Positions 47,143 to 59,421 of a stretch of 64,000 nt of DNA are shown here, piece after piece. The notes under the pieces are model-generated. The model did no database searches. It worked only from the letters and a program-made list of their open reading frames with translations, and was not told the origin of the DNA. The position numbers and the translations under genes are program-made. Source of the DNA: Anaeromyxobacteraceae bacterium (GTDB taxonomy: Bacteria > Myxococcota > Myxococcia > Myxococcales > Anaeromyxobacteraceae); the NCBI GenBank assembly GCA_032654565.1, contig JAULAX010000005.1, positions 1 through 64,000 of the forward strand. Direction: 5' to 3'. Each line of letters begins with the position of its first letter. Position 1 is the first letter of the stretch.

Positions 47143-49263
47143 GTGCTCCGGCTCGGGCTGGCGCTGGCGGTGGGCGGCTGCGCCCGCGACCTCGAGCTGC
47201 CGGCGCCGCCGGCCGGACCGCGCCTCACCGGCCTGGCCCCGGCGCGCGCCTACTCCGGCGAGCTGATCGAGCTGCTGGGTGCCGGCTTCGCCCGCGATCC
47301 GGCCGGGAACGAGGTGGTCTTCCCCGGCGCCACCGCCCGCGGCGAGCGGCTCACCGCCACCGGACTGCTGGTCCGGGTCCCTCCCGACGCCGGGAGCGGC
47401 ACCCTGCGCGTCGCCACCGACGGCGGCACCAGCGCCCCGCTCGGCACCTTCACCTGGCTCGGCCACGGCCAGCTCCGGGTCGGGACGCTGCTGACCGCGC
47501 GGGTCCCCGTGGACCTCCAGGCCAGCCTGCTCCTGGCCGACGGCGACGCGCTGTTCGTCCACTCCGCCCTCCTCGACGGCCTGGTCCAGGTCGGCGACGA
47601 CTTCTTCATGCGCCCCTGCCCGCTCTCGACCATCCCGGCCGCCGCCGGCGGCGCGCTCACCTGGATCGGCGCCGACGACCTGCTCCATCGCCTCGACACC
47701 GCGACCGGGGTCGAGCTGGAGGTGGCGCTTGCCGACGCCGGGCTCGCCGCCTTGTCGCTGAGGCAGCTGGTGGCCCTGCCGGGCGGGCCGCTGGTGGCGG
47801 TGGGAAGTGAAGGGGTGGGCACGGTGCTGGCGCCGCTCGACCCGGCCACCCTGCTGCCGGCCGGCCTGCCGGCCCGCTTCGACCTGCTGCTCGACTCGGC
47901 CGTCGCCGCGCTGCCCGGTGGCCGCCTGGTCGCCGTGGCCCATTCCGGCGGCGGGCCCGGCCAGCTCCAGGTGATGTCCCTGTCCGGGGCCCTCACCACG
48001 CTGGCCACCCCCAGGGCCATCCAGCCGGTGGCCATCGAGCTGGCCACCGGGTCCTTGGGCGCCCAGGAGGTCATCGCCGTCACCACCGTCAACGGCAGCT
48101 TCGACGTGGTGACCGCCGACGGCGCGGTGGTGCGCAGCGACCCGTCCCTGACCACCTCGCAGGTGAGCGCGCTGGCCCTGGCCGGCGGCCTGGTGATGGC
48201 CGCCCGGGCCGACGACGGCACGGTGGTGGCCACCGACCTCGCCACCGGGTCGGGCTGGGGGCTGGCCACGACGCGGCCGACCCGCCTGGTGGTCGCGGGA
48301 CCGGTCCTCTGGGTGGCCAGCGACGTCGACAACGTGCTGGTGGCGCTCGACGCCGCCACCGGCGCCCTGCTGGCGCGCCGCGGGGTCTCGGTCGGGCCCG
48401 GCTCCGGGCTGCCGCTGGGAGGGCTGGCGCGCTCCGGCGACCGGCTCACCATGCTCACCGCCCACCCCGGGGCCCGCGTCGACCTCACCCTCCCCGGCTT
48501 CACCCCCACCGGCGAGCCGGCGCCGTTCCACCCCAGCCTGATCGCCGCCGACCCGGACACCGGCCGGCTCTGGATCGCCGGCGGCCCGCTGGTGAGCACG
48601 CTCGACGCGGCCTGGAGCGCCCCGGTCCCGGTGGCTGGCACCGTCCAGCGGCTGCTGGCCCTCGACGACGGCCTGGCGGTGGCCCACGACGCCGGCCTGG
48701 CCTGGGTCTCCCGGGCCGGGGTCGTCCACGAGCTGGTCGCCGACGCCTTCATCGCGCTGGCGCTGGCCAGCGATCGGCTTCACCGCCTGCTCTACGTCGC
48801 CACCGTGGGTGGCGTCGACACCGTGCTGGTCTACGGCGCAGGGGATCCGGCCGCAGGCGCGCCGCCGACGCTCCAGGCCACCATCCCCGGCCTGGGCATG
48901 GGCGCCATCTTCGTCGACGACCAGGCCTGGGTCTTCTACTACGACCTCGCCGGCGCCAGCTTCTCACCGCTGGCGGCCCGGCTCGACGACACCGGGGCCC
49001 TGGTCGACATCCGGCCGCGGAGCAACTCGGACAACGACAGCCTCCCCTCGCCCAACCGGCGGACGCTGGTCAGCTGGGACCGGGCCACGGTCCCCGGCGC
49101 CACCGGGGCCCTCCACGTCTGGTCGTCGGATCCCGCCACCGGCTTCGCGCCGCTCTCCTCGGTGGCCCTGCCCGCCAACGTCTCCGGGCTGGCCTTCGAT
49201 CCCTCCGGCGAGCGGCTCTACGTGGTGACCCGCGACCCCGACCTGCTGCTGGTGGTCGAGTAG
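47143..49263 (+). CDS. IPT/TIG-domain lipoprotein with beta-propeller-like region
   Basis: Lipobox VGGC; IELLGAGF..NEVVF..LLVRVP; ends GLAFDPSGERLYV. Confidence 0.65.
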   Translation: MLRLGLALAVGGCARDLELPAPPAGPRLTGLAPARAYSGELIELLGAGFARDPAGNEVVFPGATARGERLTATGLLVRVPPDAGSGTLRVATDGGTSAPLGTFTWLGHGQLRVGTLLTARVPVDLQASLLLADGDALFVHSALLDGLVQVGDDFFMRPCPLSTIPAAAGGALTWIGADDLLHRLDTATGVELEVALADAGLAALSLRQLVALPGGPLVAVGSEGVGTVLAPLDPATLLPAGLPARFDLLLDSAVAALPGGRLVAVAHSGGGPGQLQVMSLSGALTTLATPRAIQPVAIELATGSLGAQEVIAVTTVNGSFDVVTADGAVVRSDPSLTTSQVSALALAGGLVMAARADDGTVVATDLATGSGWGLATTRPTRLVVAGPVLWVASDVDNVLVALDAATGALLARRGVSVGPGSGLPLGGLARSGDRLTMLTAHPGARVDLTLPGFTPTGEPAPFHPSLIAADPDTGRLWIAGGPLVSTLDAAWSAPVPVAGTVQRLLALDDGLAVAHDAGLAWVSRAGVVHELVADAFIALALASDRLHRLLYVATVGGVDTVLVYGAGDPAAGAPPTLQATIPGLGMGAIFVDDQAWVFYYDLAGASFSPLAARLDDTGALVDIRPRSNSDNDSLPSPNRRTLVSWDRATVPGATGALHVWSSDPATGFAPLSSVALPANVSGLAFDPSGERLYVVTRDPDLLLVVE

Positions 49264-49343
49264 CCCGTCCGTGGCCCGCTGCAGCAGCGCCACCGCCGCG
49301 GCGACGCCGGGGGCGATGGGCCAGGCCGGGGACCCGGCGGCCT

Positions 49344-50096
49344 TCAGGTGACCGGGTTGCGCAGCAGCCCGAGCCCGGAGATCTCGACCTCCACCAGGTC
49401 GCCGGGCTGGACCCGCCCCACCCCCTCGGGCGTGCCGGTGGCCACCACGTCGCCGGGCCAGAGCGTCATGACGTTGGAGATGAAGGCCAGCAGGGCGTTG
49501 GTGTCGAAGACCATGTCGCGGGTGGAGCCGCGCTGCCGCTCCACCCCGTTGACGCGGCAGCTCACCCCCAGGTCGGCCGGGTCGAGGCTGGTGTCGATCC
49601 AGGGCCCCACCGGGCAGAAGGTGTCGAAGCCCTTGGCGCGGGTGAACTGCTTCTCCTCGCGCTGGATGTCACGGGCGGTGACGTCGTTGAGGCAGGTGAA
49701 GCCGAAGACGGCGTGGCGGGCCTCGGCGGCGCTGGCCCGGGAGAGGGCCCGGCCCACCACCACGCCCAGCTCGGCCTCGTGCTGCACGTCGACCGACTGG
49801 GGCGGGCAGCGGATGGCCTCGCCGGGGCCGATCACGGCGGAGGGCGGCTTGAGGAAGAGCAGCGGCTCACGGGGCACCTCGTTCCCCATCTCCCGGGCGT
49901 GGGCCTGGTAGTTGCGCCCCACGCAGACCACCTTGCTGGGGCGCACCGGCGCCAGCAGGGTGACCTCGGCGAGCGGCAGCGACTTGCCCACCGGCAGGCC
50001 GCCGGACCAGGGCTCGCCGTTGAGGGCCCGCACCTGGTCCCCCTCGACCACCCCCCAGAGCTCCTCGCCGCCGCGGCGGAAGCGGCAGGTCCTCAC
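49344..50096 (-). CDS. fumarylacetoacetate hydrolase family protein
   Basis: [44 protein letters not shown]. Confidence 0.9.
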   Translation of the reverse strand: MRTCRFRRGGEELWGVVEGDQVRALNGEPWSGGLPVGKSLPLAEVTLLAPVRPSKVVCVGRNYQAHAREMGNEVPREPLLFLKPPSAVIGPGEAIRCPPQSVDVQHEAELGVVVGRALSRASAAEARHAVFGFTCLNDVTARDIQREEKQFTRAKGFDTFCPVGPWIDTSLDPADLGVSCRVNGVERQRGSTRDMVFDTNALLAFISNVMTLWPGDVVATGTPEGVGRVQPGDLVEVEISGLGLLRNPVT

Positions 50097-50908
50097 GGCC
50101 GCGCCCCCTTCCCGAAGCCGAGCACGTCGCCCATGTCGTAGAGCCCGGCCGGGCGCCCCGGCAGCCAGGCGGCGGCGCGCACGGCGCCGCGGGCGAACTG
50201 CTCCCGCGCGGTGGCCCGATGGGTCAGCTCCAGCCGCTCCCCCTCGCCGCAGAAGTAGACGGTGTGCTCGCCGACGATGTCGCCGCCGCGGACCGTCTGC
50301 ACGCCGATCTCGCGGGGCGGCCGCTCGCCGATCAGGCCGTGGCGGGCGAAGGCGAGATCGCGGGCGGCGTCGCGCCCCAGGGCCTCCACCGCCACCTCGG
50401 CCAGCTTCATGGCGGTGCCGCTGGGGGCGTCCTTCTTCCGCTTGTGGTGCAGCTCGACGATCTCCACGTCGTAGGCGTCCCCCAGCGCCGCGGCCGCCTG
50501 GCGGACCAGCTCGAAGAGCACGTTCACGCCCACGCTCATGTTGGGGGAGAGCAGCACCGGGATGCTGCGGGCCGCCGCCGCCACCCTGGCCCGGGCCTCG
50601 GGCGTGAAGCCGGTGGAGCCGATCACCAGCGGCACCCCGGCCGCGGCGCAGAGCTCGGCGTGGGCCACCGAGGCCTCGGAGCTGGTGAAGTCGATGACCA
50701 CCCCGGCGCCGGGCAGGGCCGCCCCCAGCGCCTCGACCACGGCGACGCCGCCGGCCGGCAGCCCGGCCAGCCCCAGGGCGTCCTGCCCGGCGCCGCCCGG
50801 GGCCCGGTCCACCGCCCCGTGCAGCCGCAGCGTGCTGGAGGCCGCCACCAGCCGGACGATCTCGCGCCCCATCCTGCCCGCGGCGCCGCTCACCACCACC
50901 TCGATCAT
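50093..50908 (-). CDS. dapB: 4-hydroxy-tetrahydrodipicolinate reductase
   Basis: [35 protein letters not shown]. Confidence 0.95.
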   Translation of the reverse strand: MIEVVVSGAAGRMGREIVRLVAASSTLRLHGAVDRAPGGAGQDALGLAGLPAGGVAVVEALGAALPGAGVVIDFTSSEASVAHAELCAAAGVPLVIGSTGFTPEARARVAAAARSIPVLLSPNMSVGVNVLFELVRQAAAALGDAYDVEIVELHHKRKKDAPSGTAMKLAEVAVEALGRDAARDLAFARHGLIGERPPREIGVQTVRGGDIVGEHTVYFCGEGERLELTHRATAREQFARGAVRAAAWLPGRPAGLYDMGDVLGFGKGARP

Positions 50909-50957
50909 CGGGCTCCTCCTGGATCGCCGTCCCGCAGCGGGCCGGCGCCGTGGCGCC

Positions 50958-51842
50958 TCACGCCAGCGTGAGGCCGAACTTCTGCATGGCGGCGCGGACC
51001 CTGGCCAGGCTGGCCTCGGAGACCGGGGCCAGCGGCAGCCGCAGCTCCGGCCCGGCCCGCCCCAGCAGCGCCACGCCGGCCTTGACCGGCCCGGGGTTGG
51101 TCTCGACGAACATCATCCGGTTGAGCTCGGCCATGGCCACCTGCAGCTTCAGGCCGGTGGCGAAGTCGCCCTTCCGGCAGGCCACCACCAGCGCCTTCAT
51201 GGCCCGCGGGGCGACGTTGGCCACCACCGAGATGACGCCGTGGCCGCCGCAGGCGATGTAGGGGAGCACGGTGAAGTCGTCGCCGGAGAGGTAGGCCAGC
51301 CCGTCGGCGCCGCACAGCTCCACCAGCTGCACCTGGCGGTCGAGGTTGGCGGTGGCCTCCTTGATGCCGCAGATGGCGCCCGACCTGACCAGGCGGGCCA
51401 CCGTCTCCGGCAGCAGGTCGACGGCGGTGCGCGAGGGGACGTTGTAGGCCACCACCGGGAAGCGGGCCGCCTCCCAGATGGCCTGGTAGTGGCGGTAGAG
51501 CCCCTCCTGCGTCGGCTTGTTGTAGTAGGGCGTCACCACCAGCGCGGCGTCGGCCTTCAGCTCCCTGGCCGCCTTGACCCCGTCGATGGCCTCGTGCGTG
51601 GCGTTGGAGCCGGCCCCGGCGATCACCGCGGCGCGCCCCCGCACCTGCTCGACCACCGTCTTCACCACCTGGAAGCGCTCGGCCGCGGTGAGGGTGACGC
51701 TCTCGCCGGTGGTGCCGCAGGGGATGATGCCGTCGGTCCCCTCGGCGAGCTGCCACTCGCACAGGTCGCGCAGGCTCTTGTGGTCGACCGCCCCGTCCTT
51801 CATGGGGGTGACGATGGCCACCATCGATCCTTCGAGGCGCAT
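50958..51842 (-). CDS. dapA: 4-hydroxy-tetrahydrodipicolinate synthase
   Basis: GTTGES, PYYNKP, YNVPSRT, IKEA, SGDD, NPGPVK. Confidence 0.95.
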   Translation of the reverse strand: MRLEGSMVAIVTPMKDGAVDHKSLRDLCEWQLAEGTDGIIPCGTTGESVTLTAAERFQVVKTVVEQVRGRAAVIAGAGSNATHEAIDGVKAARELKADAALVVTPYYNKPTQEGLYRHYQAIWEAARFPVVAYNVPSRTAVDLLPETVARLVRSGAICGIKEATANLDRQVQLVELCGADGLAYLSGDDFTVLPYIACGGHGVISVVANVAPRAMKALVVACRKGDFATGLKLQVAMAELNRMMFVETNPGPVKAGVALLGRAGPELRLPLAPVSEASLARVRAAMQKFGLTLA

Positions 51843-51889
51843 GCGGAACTCCGGGTGGAGCAGGTGGGGGTGAGCCCCCCGAATCTAGC

Positions 51890-53176
51890 TCAACGGCGCC
51901 GCCGCCGGAACCGCTTCGGCGCCGGGGCCGGCAGGGCCTCGCCGCGGACCAGGTCGGGGTAGGTCTCGCGCTCCCGGGCCAGCAGGGCCCGGTCGCCGTC
52001 CACCAGCACCTCGGCGGCGCGCGGCCGCGAGTTGTAGTTGGAGGACATGCTGAAGCCGTAGGCCCCGGCGGTCCGCACGCAGAGCAGGTCCCCCTCGGCG
52101 GGCAGCACCAGCTTGCGGTTGCGGGCCAGGAAGTCGCCCGACTCGCAGACCGGGCCGACCACGTCGCAGGTGACGGCGCGGGCGCCGCGGGGCGGCGTCG
52201 TCACCGGCTCGATCTGGTGCCAGGCGTCGTAGAAGGCGGGGCGCACCAGGTCGTTCATGGCGGCGTCCACCACCACGAAGGTCTTGCGACCGCTCCGCTT
52301 CACCTGGATGACCCGGGTGAGCAGGACGCCGGCGTTCCCCACCAGCACCCGCCCCGGCTCGAGGTGCACCTCGCCCTCCCAGCCGGCCAGCGCCCGGGTG
52401 ATGGCGGCGCCGTACTCGGCCGGCGACGGGGGGACCTCGTCACGGTAGGTGACGCCCAGCCCGCCGCCCACGTCGAGGTGGCGCAGCCGGATCCCGGCGC
52501 CGGCCAGGTCGGCGGCCAGCGCCCGCACCCGCTTGACGGCGTCGACGAAGGGGCGCAGCGAGGTGATCTGCGAGCCGATGTGGCAGGCCACGCCGCGGAC
52601 GTCGAGGTGCGGGTCCTTCACCGCCGCCAGGTAGAGCCGCCGGGCCTCGGCCACCGGGATCCCGAACTTGGACTCGCGCAGGCCGGTGGCGATGTAGGGG
52701 TGGGTCTTCGGGTCGACGTCGGGGTTGACCCGCAGGGCGATGGGGGCGCGGAGCTTGAGCCGCCGCGCCACCGCCGAGAGCCGCGCCAGCTCGCCGGCGC
52801 TCTCCACGTTGATGGTGCCGACGCCGGCGTCGAGGGCGAAGGCCAGCTCGTCGTCGCGCTTGCCGACGCCGCTGAAGACCACCCGGCCCGGGTGGCCGCC
52901 GGCCTTGAGCACCCGGTAGAGCTCGCCCCCGGAGACGATGTCGAAGCCGGCGCCGAGCCGGGCGAAGTGGGCCAGCACCGCCAGGTTGGAGTTGGCCTTG
53001 ACGGCGTAGCAGACCAGGGCGTCGAGGCCGCGCAGCGAGCCCTTCAGCACCTTCCAGTGCCGGTTCAGGGTCGCCGACGAGTAGACGTAGAGCGGCGTGC
53101 CGTGGGCCTCGGCGAGGGCGGCCAGCGGGATGCGCTCGGCGTGGAGCTGGCCGCGGCGCGGCTGGAAGTGGTTCAC
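51890..53176 (-). CDS. lysA: diaminopimelate decarboxylase
   Basis: [37 protein letters not shown]. Confidence 0.95.
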   Translation of the reverse strand: MNHFQPRRGQLHAERIPLAALAEAHGTPLYVYSSATLNRHWKVLKGSLRGLDALVCYAVKANSNLAVLAHFARLGAGFDIVSGGELYRVLKAGGHPGRVVFSGVGKRDDELAFALDAGVGTINVESAGELARLSAVARRLKLRAPIALRVNPDVDPKTHPYIATGLRESKFGIPVAEARRLYLAAVKDPHLDVRGVACHIGSQITSLRPFVDAVKRVRALAADLAGAGIRLRHLDVGGGLGVTYRDEVPPSPAEYGAAITRALAGWEGEVHLEPGRVLVGNAGVLLTRVIQVKRSGRKTFVVVDAAMNDLVRPAFYDAWHQIEPVTTPPRGARAVTCDVVGPVCESGDFLARNRKLVLPAEGDLLCVRTAGAYGFSMSSNYNSRPRAAEVLVDGDRALLARERETYPDLVRGEALPAPAPKRFRRRRR

Positions 53177-53355
53177 CGGGGGGGCTCCTCGGCCGGGACC
53201 ACGATCCGGTTGGGGTCCTCGGCCGGCCTGAAGAGGTCGTTCGGCGGCGACTGGGCCGAGGCGCCGGAGGCCCGCGGCGGCGCCTTGACGCCGCAGCCGC
53301 CCAGCCAGGCCGGCAGCAGCGCCAGCAGCAGCCCGGCGGCCGCCGCCCGGCTCAC
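53173..53355 (-). CDS. 60-aa lipoprotein, LptM/YifL-like
   Basis: Hydrophobic signal, [14 protein letters not shown] overlaps with both argH and lysA. Confidence 0.7.
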   Translation of the reverse strand: MSRAAAAGLLLALLPAWLGGCGVKAPPRASGASAQSPPNDLFRPAEDPNRIVVPAEEPPR

Positions 53356-54752
53356 CGGCCCATCCCCAGGGCCCGCTCCCAGCGGCGCAGCTCGCCGGCC
53401 ACGGCCTTCGGCCCCGGGGCGCCGGGCAGCTCGCGGCGGGAGAGCGAGCGGCGGGCGTCGAAGCAGCGGAGCACGTCGGCCTCGAAGCGCCGGTGGACGG
53501 AGCGCCACTCGGCGGCGTCGAGCGCGGCCAGCGGCTTCTTCAGCCGGGCGGCCAGCTTGGCCGCCGCCCCCACCGCCTCGTGGGCCTCGCGGAAGGGCAC
53601 CCCCCGGTCCACCAGGTACTCGGCGGCGTCGGTGGCCAGCGCCTCGCCGCCGCCCAGCGCCTCCTCCATGCGGCCGGCGTGGAAGGTGGCGGTCTCCACG
53701 GCGCCGGCCAGCGCGTCGGTGGTCAGCGCCAGCGCCTCCGGCCCGGAGAGCAGCGGCCGCTTGTCCTCCTGCAGGTCGCGGTTGTAGCTGAGCGGCAGGT
53801 TCTTGACGATGGAGAGCAGCGTCACCAGGTCGCCGATGGCGCGCCCGGCCCGGCCGCGGGCCAGCTCGCCGACGTCCGGGTTCTTCTTCTGCGGCATCAG
53901 CGAGGAGCCGGTGGCGAAGGCGTCGTCGAGCGTCATGAAGCCGAACTCGCGGGTGGTCCAGAGCACGATCTCCTCGCCCAGCCGGGAGAGGTGCACGGCG
54001 GCCAGCGCCACCGCGAAGAGCAGCTCGATGGCGCTGTCGCGATCGCTGACGGCGTCGAGCGAGTTGCGGGTGACGCCGGTGAGGCCGAGCGCCTCGGCCA
54101 CCGCCTCGCGGTCGAGCTTCAGGGTGGTGCCGGCCAGCGCCCCGGAGCCGAGCGGCGAGACGGCGGCCCGGGTCCGCACCTCGGCGAGCCGCTGCCGGTC
54201 CCGCCCCAGCATCTCCACGTAGGCCAGCAGGTGGTGGGCCAGCGAGACCGGCTGGGCCCGCTGCAGGTGGGTGTAGCCGGGGAGGATGGTCCGCTGGTGG
54301 CGGCGGGCCTGGCCGCAGAGGGCCCGCTGCAGGCGCCCCAGCGCGGCGTCGGTCCGGTCGCAGGCGCCGACGATGAAGAGCCGCTCGTCGAGCGCCACCT
54401 GGTCGTTGCGGCTGCGCCCGGCGTGCAGGTAGCCGGCGTCGGCGCCGGTCAGCTCCCCGAGGCGGCGCTCCACGTGGGTGTGGACGTCCTCGAGGGCCGG
54501 GTCGAGCCGGATCTTCCCGGCGGCGAACTCGGCCTTCACCTGGTCGAGCGCCCGCACCAGCCGCCGGGCCACCGCGGCCGGGACGATCCCCTGGGCGGCC
54601 AGCATGGTGACGTGGGCCTGGGAGCCGCGGATGTCCTCGGCGTAGAGGGCCCCGTCGTCCTGGATGGAGACCGAGAGGGCCACCAGCCGCGGGTCGGCCT
54701 CGCCGGAGAGCGCGGCGCGGGAGACCGGCTTCGCCTTGTTCTTGCGGGTCAT
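53352..54752 (-). CDS. argH: argininosuccinate lyase
   Basis: [45 protein letters not shown]. Confidence 0.95.
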   Translation of the reverse strand: MTRKNKAKPVSRAALSGEADPRLVALSVSIQDDGALYAEDIRGSQAHVTMLAAQGIVPAAVARRLVRALDQVKAEFAAGKIRLDPALEDVHTHVERRLGELTGADAGYLHAGRSRNDQVALDERLFIVGACDRTDAALGRLQRALCGQARRHQRTILPGYTHLQRAQPVSLAHHLLAYVEMLGRDRQRLAEVRTRAAVSPLGSGALAGTTLKLDREAVAEALGLTGVTRNSLDAVSDRDSAIELLFAVALAAVHLSRLGEEIVLWTTREFGFMTLDDAFATGSSLMPQKKNPDVGELARGRAGRAIGDLVTLLSIVKNLPLSYNRDLQEDKRPLLSGPEALALTTDALAGAVETATFHAGRMEEALGGGEALATDAAEYLVDRGVPFREAHEAVGAAAKLAARLKKPLAALDAAEWRSVHRRFEADVLRCFDARRSLSRRELPGAPGPKAVAGELRRWERALGMGR

Positions 54753-54805
54753 CTCGACCGTCGACGCTACCACGGCCCGACCCGGCCGGCGGTGACCTCG
54801 CCGCG

Positions 54806-56692
54806 CTAGAAGCGGGCCGCCAGGCCGAAGCGGAGCGTCCAGGCCCGCGAGGTGGCGCCGGCGCCGTCGAAGGCGGCCAGCGGCTGGAAGACACCGGCCG
54901 CGCCCCAGGTGGAGAAGCCCTCGTCGCTGGTGAGCGAGAACTTGGTGTCGAGCTCCACGCCCAGCATGGTGCTGCCCCCGCTGCCGTTGACCGGCGAGGC
55001 GGCCGGGGACGACGACGCGGTGAGCGACTGGGAGAAGACGGCGGCCAGGTCCCAGGCCAGGCCGCCGACGATGTCGACGCGCAGGCTCGGCTTGGCGTAC
55101 CAGGCGTCGGTCACCTGCCCCATGATGTCGCGCCAGAAGATCAGGTCGGGGCGGTAGCCGGGGTTGAAGCGGAAGTTGCGGATGGCGTGGTCGCCGGTGG
55201 AGAGGTTGTACTGGGTCCCCTCGAAGACCGCCTGGTACGGCGCCTTGGTCTGGTCGGTGTTGGCCATCCAGGGGCGGTTGCCGTAGCCGGGGGCGCTGTC
55301 TCCGGAGGCGATGCCCAGCTCCAGCCCCACCGTCACCTTGTTGGGGACGGCCTGGTAGCTGGTGCGGAAGGCGGCGCCGAACTGGCGGAGCAGGATGGGC
55401 AGCTCCTTGCCGTAGAGCGGCCGGGCGGTGTCCCCCGAGCCGTAGGCGCTGTCCAGCGTCGGGTTGTTGACGTGGCCGTACAGGTAGGTCCCCTCCAGCT
55501 CGGCGGAGAAGCGGGGCGAGCGGAAGCGGAGCCAGAGGTCGACCTGGTGGTCGTACTCGCCGCGACGGACCTCCTCGTCGGCGGTCGCGGTGCCGGCGGC
55601 CGGGCTGGCGTCGAGGGGGAAGGTGTCGGTGGCGTTCCTGAAGACGCTGGCCAGGGTGGTGTACTCGTAGAAGGCCCCGTAGTTGAAGCTGGACTCGCCG
55701 CGCTCCAGCTTGCGCCGCAGCTCGTCGGCGGTGTCGAGCTTCAGCACCTTGAGCCCCAGCACCCGCCCGCTGCCCGCCGACTCCGGGCTGAAGGGCTGGC
55801 CGGAGCCGACCCCGGCCAGCGAGGTCTTCGACCAGCGCGGGTCACCGAGCAGCGGCCCGTTGGCGAAGAAGTCGAGGTAGGGGACGAAGGTGAGGTTCCC
55901 GAGGACGGTCCCCACCGGCATGGTGGCGAACTGGAGCCGGTCGACGATGGTGCCGAAGTCGTCGTCGAGCCCGTCCTGGGCCGGGGCCACGATGCCCAGC
56001 CCCCAGACCGACGGCATGCGGCCGAAGGAGAGCAGCCCCACCGGCGTCTCCACCTCGCCCCAGGCCAGCTTGAGGTTGAGGACCGGCCGATCGGTCAAGG
56101 TCGCGCCGCTGGTGCTGGAGTGGCTGACGAAGACGCCCCCGCCGCCGGTGGCATAGGCGTCGAGCGGGCGGGAGCCGAGCACGTAGTTGTCGAAGAGATC
56201 GGCCTCGATCCGCACCCGCACCCGCTCCGAGACGTTGAAGGTGGGCAGCAGCCTCAGCCGCATGTTGGCGCTGTTCATGGTGCTGCGCGGGTTGGCCAGG
56301 CCGCCGAGGTTCCCGGGGAGCGTCGGCCCCGGGTAGATGTAGTTGCCGGGGGTGCCGCCGGCGGTGGTCATGGCGCCCCCGGCGTTGTCGGCCGGGCGGT
56401 GCAGGTCGTAGGCGTCGCGCATCTCGCCGCGCAGGCGGAAGTACCCGTCGATCTCGATGAACTGGAGCTTCGGCCCGGTGGCGGTGACGCCGGCGAACTC
56501 GGCGGTGGCCTGGGCGGTCTGCAGCTCCAGGCGGACCTCCTCGCGCACCTCCTGCTTGGCCTTGTCGACGGCCTGCCGGATCATCGCCTCCACCCTGGGG
56601 TCGACCGGCGCGTCCTTCTTCGGCTCTTCGGCGAGCGCGCTGAAGGAGAGCAGCAGGGCCGCGAGCGCGGCGATGGCACGGGAGCGGGACAT
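54806..56692 (-). CDS. outer-membrane protein, probable TIGR04551 family
   Basis: Signal peptide, [38 protein letters not shown]-terminal F. Confidence 0.7.
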   Translation of the reverse strand: MSRSRAIAALAALLLSFSALAEEPKKDAPVDPRVEAMIRQAVDKAKQEVREEVRLELQTAQATAEFAGVTATGPKLQFIEIDGYFRLRGEMRDAYDLHRPADNAGGAMTTAGGTPGNYIYPGPTLPGNLGGLANPRSTMNSANMRLRLLPTFNVSERVRVRIEADLFDNYVLGSRPLDAYATGGGGVFVSHSSTSGATLTDRPVLNLKLAWGEVETPVGLLSFGRMPSVWGLGIVAPAQDGLDDDFGTIVDRLQFATMPVGTVLGNLTFVPYLDFFANGPLLGDPRWSKTSLAGVGSGQPFSPESAGSGRVLGLKVLKLDTADELRRKLERGESSFNYGAFYEYTTLASVFRNATDTFPLDASPAAGTATADEEVRRGEYDHQVDLWLRFRSPRFSAELEGTYLYGHVNNPTLDSAYGSGDTARPLYGKELPILLRQFGAAFRTSYQAVPNKVTVGLELGIASGDSAPGYGNRPWMANTDQTKAPYQAVFEGTQYNLSTGDHAIRNFRFNPGYRPDLIFWRDIMGQVTDAWYAKPSLRVDIVGGLAWDLAAVFSQSLTASSSPAASPVNGSGGSTMLGVELDTKFSLTSDEGFSTWGAAGVFQPLAAFDGAGATSRAWTLRFGLAARF

Positions 56693-56815
56693 GGAAACCT
56701 CTCGGGTGGTGGCGGAAACGGGTCCATACATCACGGCCCCCCGAGTACGGTCAAGGAGGTCCGGTCGCCGCCGGGCGCCCCGGGGACGGCCTGCCACCCC
56801 CGGGGGAGCCGATGG

Positions 56816-57211
56816 TCAACTCTGCTTCAACTCGACGAGCACCCCGCGGCTTCCCCGGGGGTGCACGAAAGCCACCTTCGACCCGCCCGCCCCGGCCCGC
56901 GGGACCTTGTCGAGCAGCGGCGCGCCGCTGGCCTGGAGGGCGTCCATGGCCGCCTGGATGTCGGGGACGGCCAGGCAGACGTGGTGCAGCCCCTCTCCCT
57001 TCTCCTTGATCCGCTTGGCCAGCGGGCTCTCCGGATCGGTGGGGCAGACCAGCTCCACCCTCCCCAGGCCGTGGCCGAAGATGGCGACGCGGACCTTCTC
57101 CGACGGCACCTCCTCGATCTCGTCGAGGTGGAGGCCGTAGACGTCGCGGTAGAGCTTCACCGCGGCGTCGAGGTCGGAGACGAGGATGGCGACGTGATCG
57201 AAGCCGGTCAT
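56816..57211 (-). CDS. mce: methylmalonyl-CoA epimerase (VOC family)
   Basis: DHVAILV, GEGLHHVC, VAFVHP..GVLVEL. Confidence 0.85.
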   Translation of the reverse strand: MTGFDHVAILVSDLDAAVKLYRDVYGLHLDEIEEVPSEKVRVAIFGHGLGRVELVCPTDPESPLAKRIKEKGEGLHHVCLAVPDIQAAMDALQASGAPLLDKVPRAGAGGSKVAFVHPRGSRGVLVELKQS

Positions 57212-57248
57212 GTGGATCCTTGGGGGCGGCGGTGGGCGGGGGACGGCG

Positions 57249-58775
57249 TCAGGGCTCCGGCTTCACCTCGACGCTCTCGACGCGGAGCGCGCCGAGCAGG
57301 CCGATGGCGTCGACCTGGGTGCCGGTGCCGAGGGCGATGTGGGTGGCGTCGGCCACCGGCTGGCCGAAGGTGGGGTCGATGGCGATCCACTCGCCGGCCG
57401 AGAGCACCTCGGCCCAGGCGTGCCAGTAGAGGGCGTCCTTGCCGTCGGCGTAGCGGGCGTAGACCAGGCCGTGGACCTGCCGCGCCGGGATCTCCAGGGC
57501 CCGGGCCAGGGCCACCAGCAGCACCGAGTGCTCGGTGCAGTCCCCCTTGCCGGCGGCGAGCACGTCGCTGGCCCGGTCGTTGGAGGCCCCGTAGGCCTTC
57601 TCCAGCCGGCGGTTGACGGTCTCGGAGAGGCGCAGGGCGGCGGCGTACCGGCCCTTGACGTCGCCGGCCACCTCGGCGGCCAGCGCCGCCACCGCCGGGG
57701 CGTCGGAGTCGACGCTGGGGGTGGGCGCCACCAGCTCGGGGTCGGGGCTGGGCGTGGTCCGGGGGGTGTCGCGGGCGGCGGCGGCGGCGGCCGGGAGCCG
57801 GGCCTTGACGGTGAGCAGCGTGGTGCCGCCGGGACCGACGGTGAAGCCCTGGCGGGCGTCGGGGCGGCGGAAGCTCTCCGGCAGCCCGGCCAGCCGGTAG
57901 GTCACCGTGGCCGGCACCGTCCTCGGCAGCGGGCTGGGGAGCGCCACCCGCGACATGGCGAAGAGGTCGATGGCCTCCAGCTTGCGGGCCGACTCCGGGC
58001 TCTCGGGGCGGGCCACGATCGAGCCGCCGATGCGGATCTCCACCACCCGGCCGTCGTCGGCCACCCGGTACTCGGTGGCCAGGCGGTCGCCGACCTCGGC
58101 CTCCGCCACCACCGAGATCTCGGCCTCGACGCCGGCGCCGGCCACCCGCTCCCGGCTCACGAAGCGCTGCTCCAGGTCGCGCACCCGCAGCTTCTCGAGA
58201 TCGAGCTGCGGGCCGCGCACCACCCCGCGCCGGGCCGCCGCCAGCCGCACCCCCTCGGCCTGGTCGAGGGTCTCGGCCACCTGGCCCAGGGGGCGCTCCT
58301 GCGCGGGGCCGGCGCCGGAGACCAGCCGCGCCGTGCAGCCCGAGGGGGCGCAGCGGCCGGTGACGGTCCGGTCGCCGCCGTCGCCGAACCACTCGGCGCG
58401 GAAGGAGAGGAGCCGGCCGGCGGGCCGGGCCTCGTAGACCCGCTGCTCGACCACCTTGCGGGAGACGGTTGTGTCGCCCACGGTGGCCGACAGCAGCGTC
58501 TCGCTGGTGGCCACCATGACGTCGCGGCCGTCGCGCGGCTCGCGCTTCAGCTCGGCGCGGGTCCAGCCGGCCTTCTTGCCCATCAGGTAGAGGCCGAACC
58601 ACTCCGGCCCGGCGGGGCGGCGCAGCGCCAGGGCGTCGATGGCCGCGGGGCTGGCGGCCCGGGTCCCCGGCAGCGTCGGGCCGGCCACCTGGGGGGCGTG
58701 CTGGCTGGCCGCCTCGGGGCAGGCGAGGAGCCCCACGGCGAGGCCGAGGGCGGCGGCGAGGCGGGAGGCGCGCAT
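57249..58775 (-). CDS. transglutaminase-like domain exported protein
   Basis: GDCTEH, HAWAEV, IDPT catalytic triad; LLAC lipobox-like signal. Confidence 0.8.
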   Translation of the reverse strand: MRASRLAAALGLAVGLLACPEAASQHAPQVAGPTLPGTRAASPAAIDALALRRPAGPEWFGLYLMGKKAGWTRAELKREPRDGRDVMVATSETLLSATVGDTTVSRKVVEQRVYEARPAGRLLSFRAEWFGDGGDRTVTGRCAPSGCTARLVSGAGPAQERPLGQVAETLDQAEGVRLAAARRGVVRGPQLDLEKLRVRDLEQRFVSRERVAGAGVEAEISVVAEAEVGDRLATEYRVADDGRVVEIRIGGSIVARPESPESARKLEAIDLFAMSRVALPSPLPRTVPATVTYRLAGLPESFRRPDARQGFTVGPGGTTLLTVKARLPAAAAAARDTPRTTPSPDPELVAPTPSVDSDAPAVAALAAEVAGDVKGRYAAALRLSETVNRRLEKAYGASNDRASDVLAAGKGDCTEHSVLLVALARALEIPARQVHGLVYARYADGKDALYWHAWAEVLSAGEWIAIDPTFGQPVADATHIALGTGTQVDAIGLLGALRVESVEVKPEP

Positions 58776-58833
58776 GGCCCTTTTGTACCAAAAACTGGCC
58801 GTGGGCGAGACCCTCGCTGAGGATCGCCGGGAC

Positions 58834-59421
58834 ATGGGCCTGGTCTGGACCTTCCTCGTCGTCGCCGCGGTGGTCACCGCCGCCTTCACCGGCTCGGTGG
58901 CGGCGCTGACCGGCGCCATCGCCGAGTCGGCCGGCAAGGCGGTGACGGTCTCGCTCGGCCTGGTCGGGGTGCTGACGCTCTGGCTCGGCCTGATGCGGGT
59001 GGCCGAGCAGGCCGGGCTGGTCGCCCAGGTGGCTCGCCTGGTCCGGCCGCTGATGCGGCGGCTCTTCCCCGAGGTGCCCGCCGATCACCCGGCGCTCGGC
59101 TCGATGGTGCTCAACCTCTCGGCCAACCTGCTCGGCCTCGGCAACGCCGCCACCCCGTTCGGCGTGCGGGCCATGCAGGAGCTGGAGACGCTCAACCCGC
59201 GCCCCGGGGTGGCCACCGACGCCCAGGCCCTCTTCGCCGCCATGAACACCGCCTCGCTGCAGCTGGTCCCGGCCACCGTCATCGCCCTGCGTGCCGGGGC
59301 CGGCTCGCGGGCCCCCGCCGAGATCCTCGGCGCCACGCTGGTGGCCAGCGCCTGCGGGGTGGTGGTGGCGGTGGTGGTGGCCAAGCTGCTGGCCCGGCTC
59401 CGCATCGGTGACTCGCCGTGA
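58834..59421 (+). CDS. spmA: SpmA-like nucleoside-recognition (Gate) membrane protein
   Basis: LWLGLMRVAE, LFPEVP, ANLLGLGNAATPFG, NTASLQLVP. Confidence 0.8.
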   Translation: MGLVWTFLVVAAVVTAAFTGSVAALTGAIAESAGKAVTVSLGLVGVLTLWLGLMRVAEQAGLVAQVARLVRPLMRRLFPEVPADHPALGSMVLNLSANLLGLGNAATPFGVRAMQELETLNPRPGVATDAQALFAAMNTASLQLVPATVIALRAGAGSRAPAEILGATLVASACGVVVAVVVAKLLARLRIGDSP

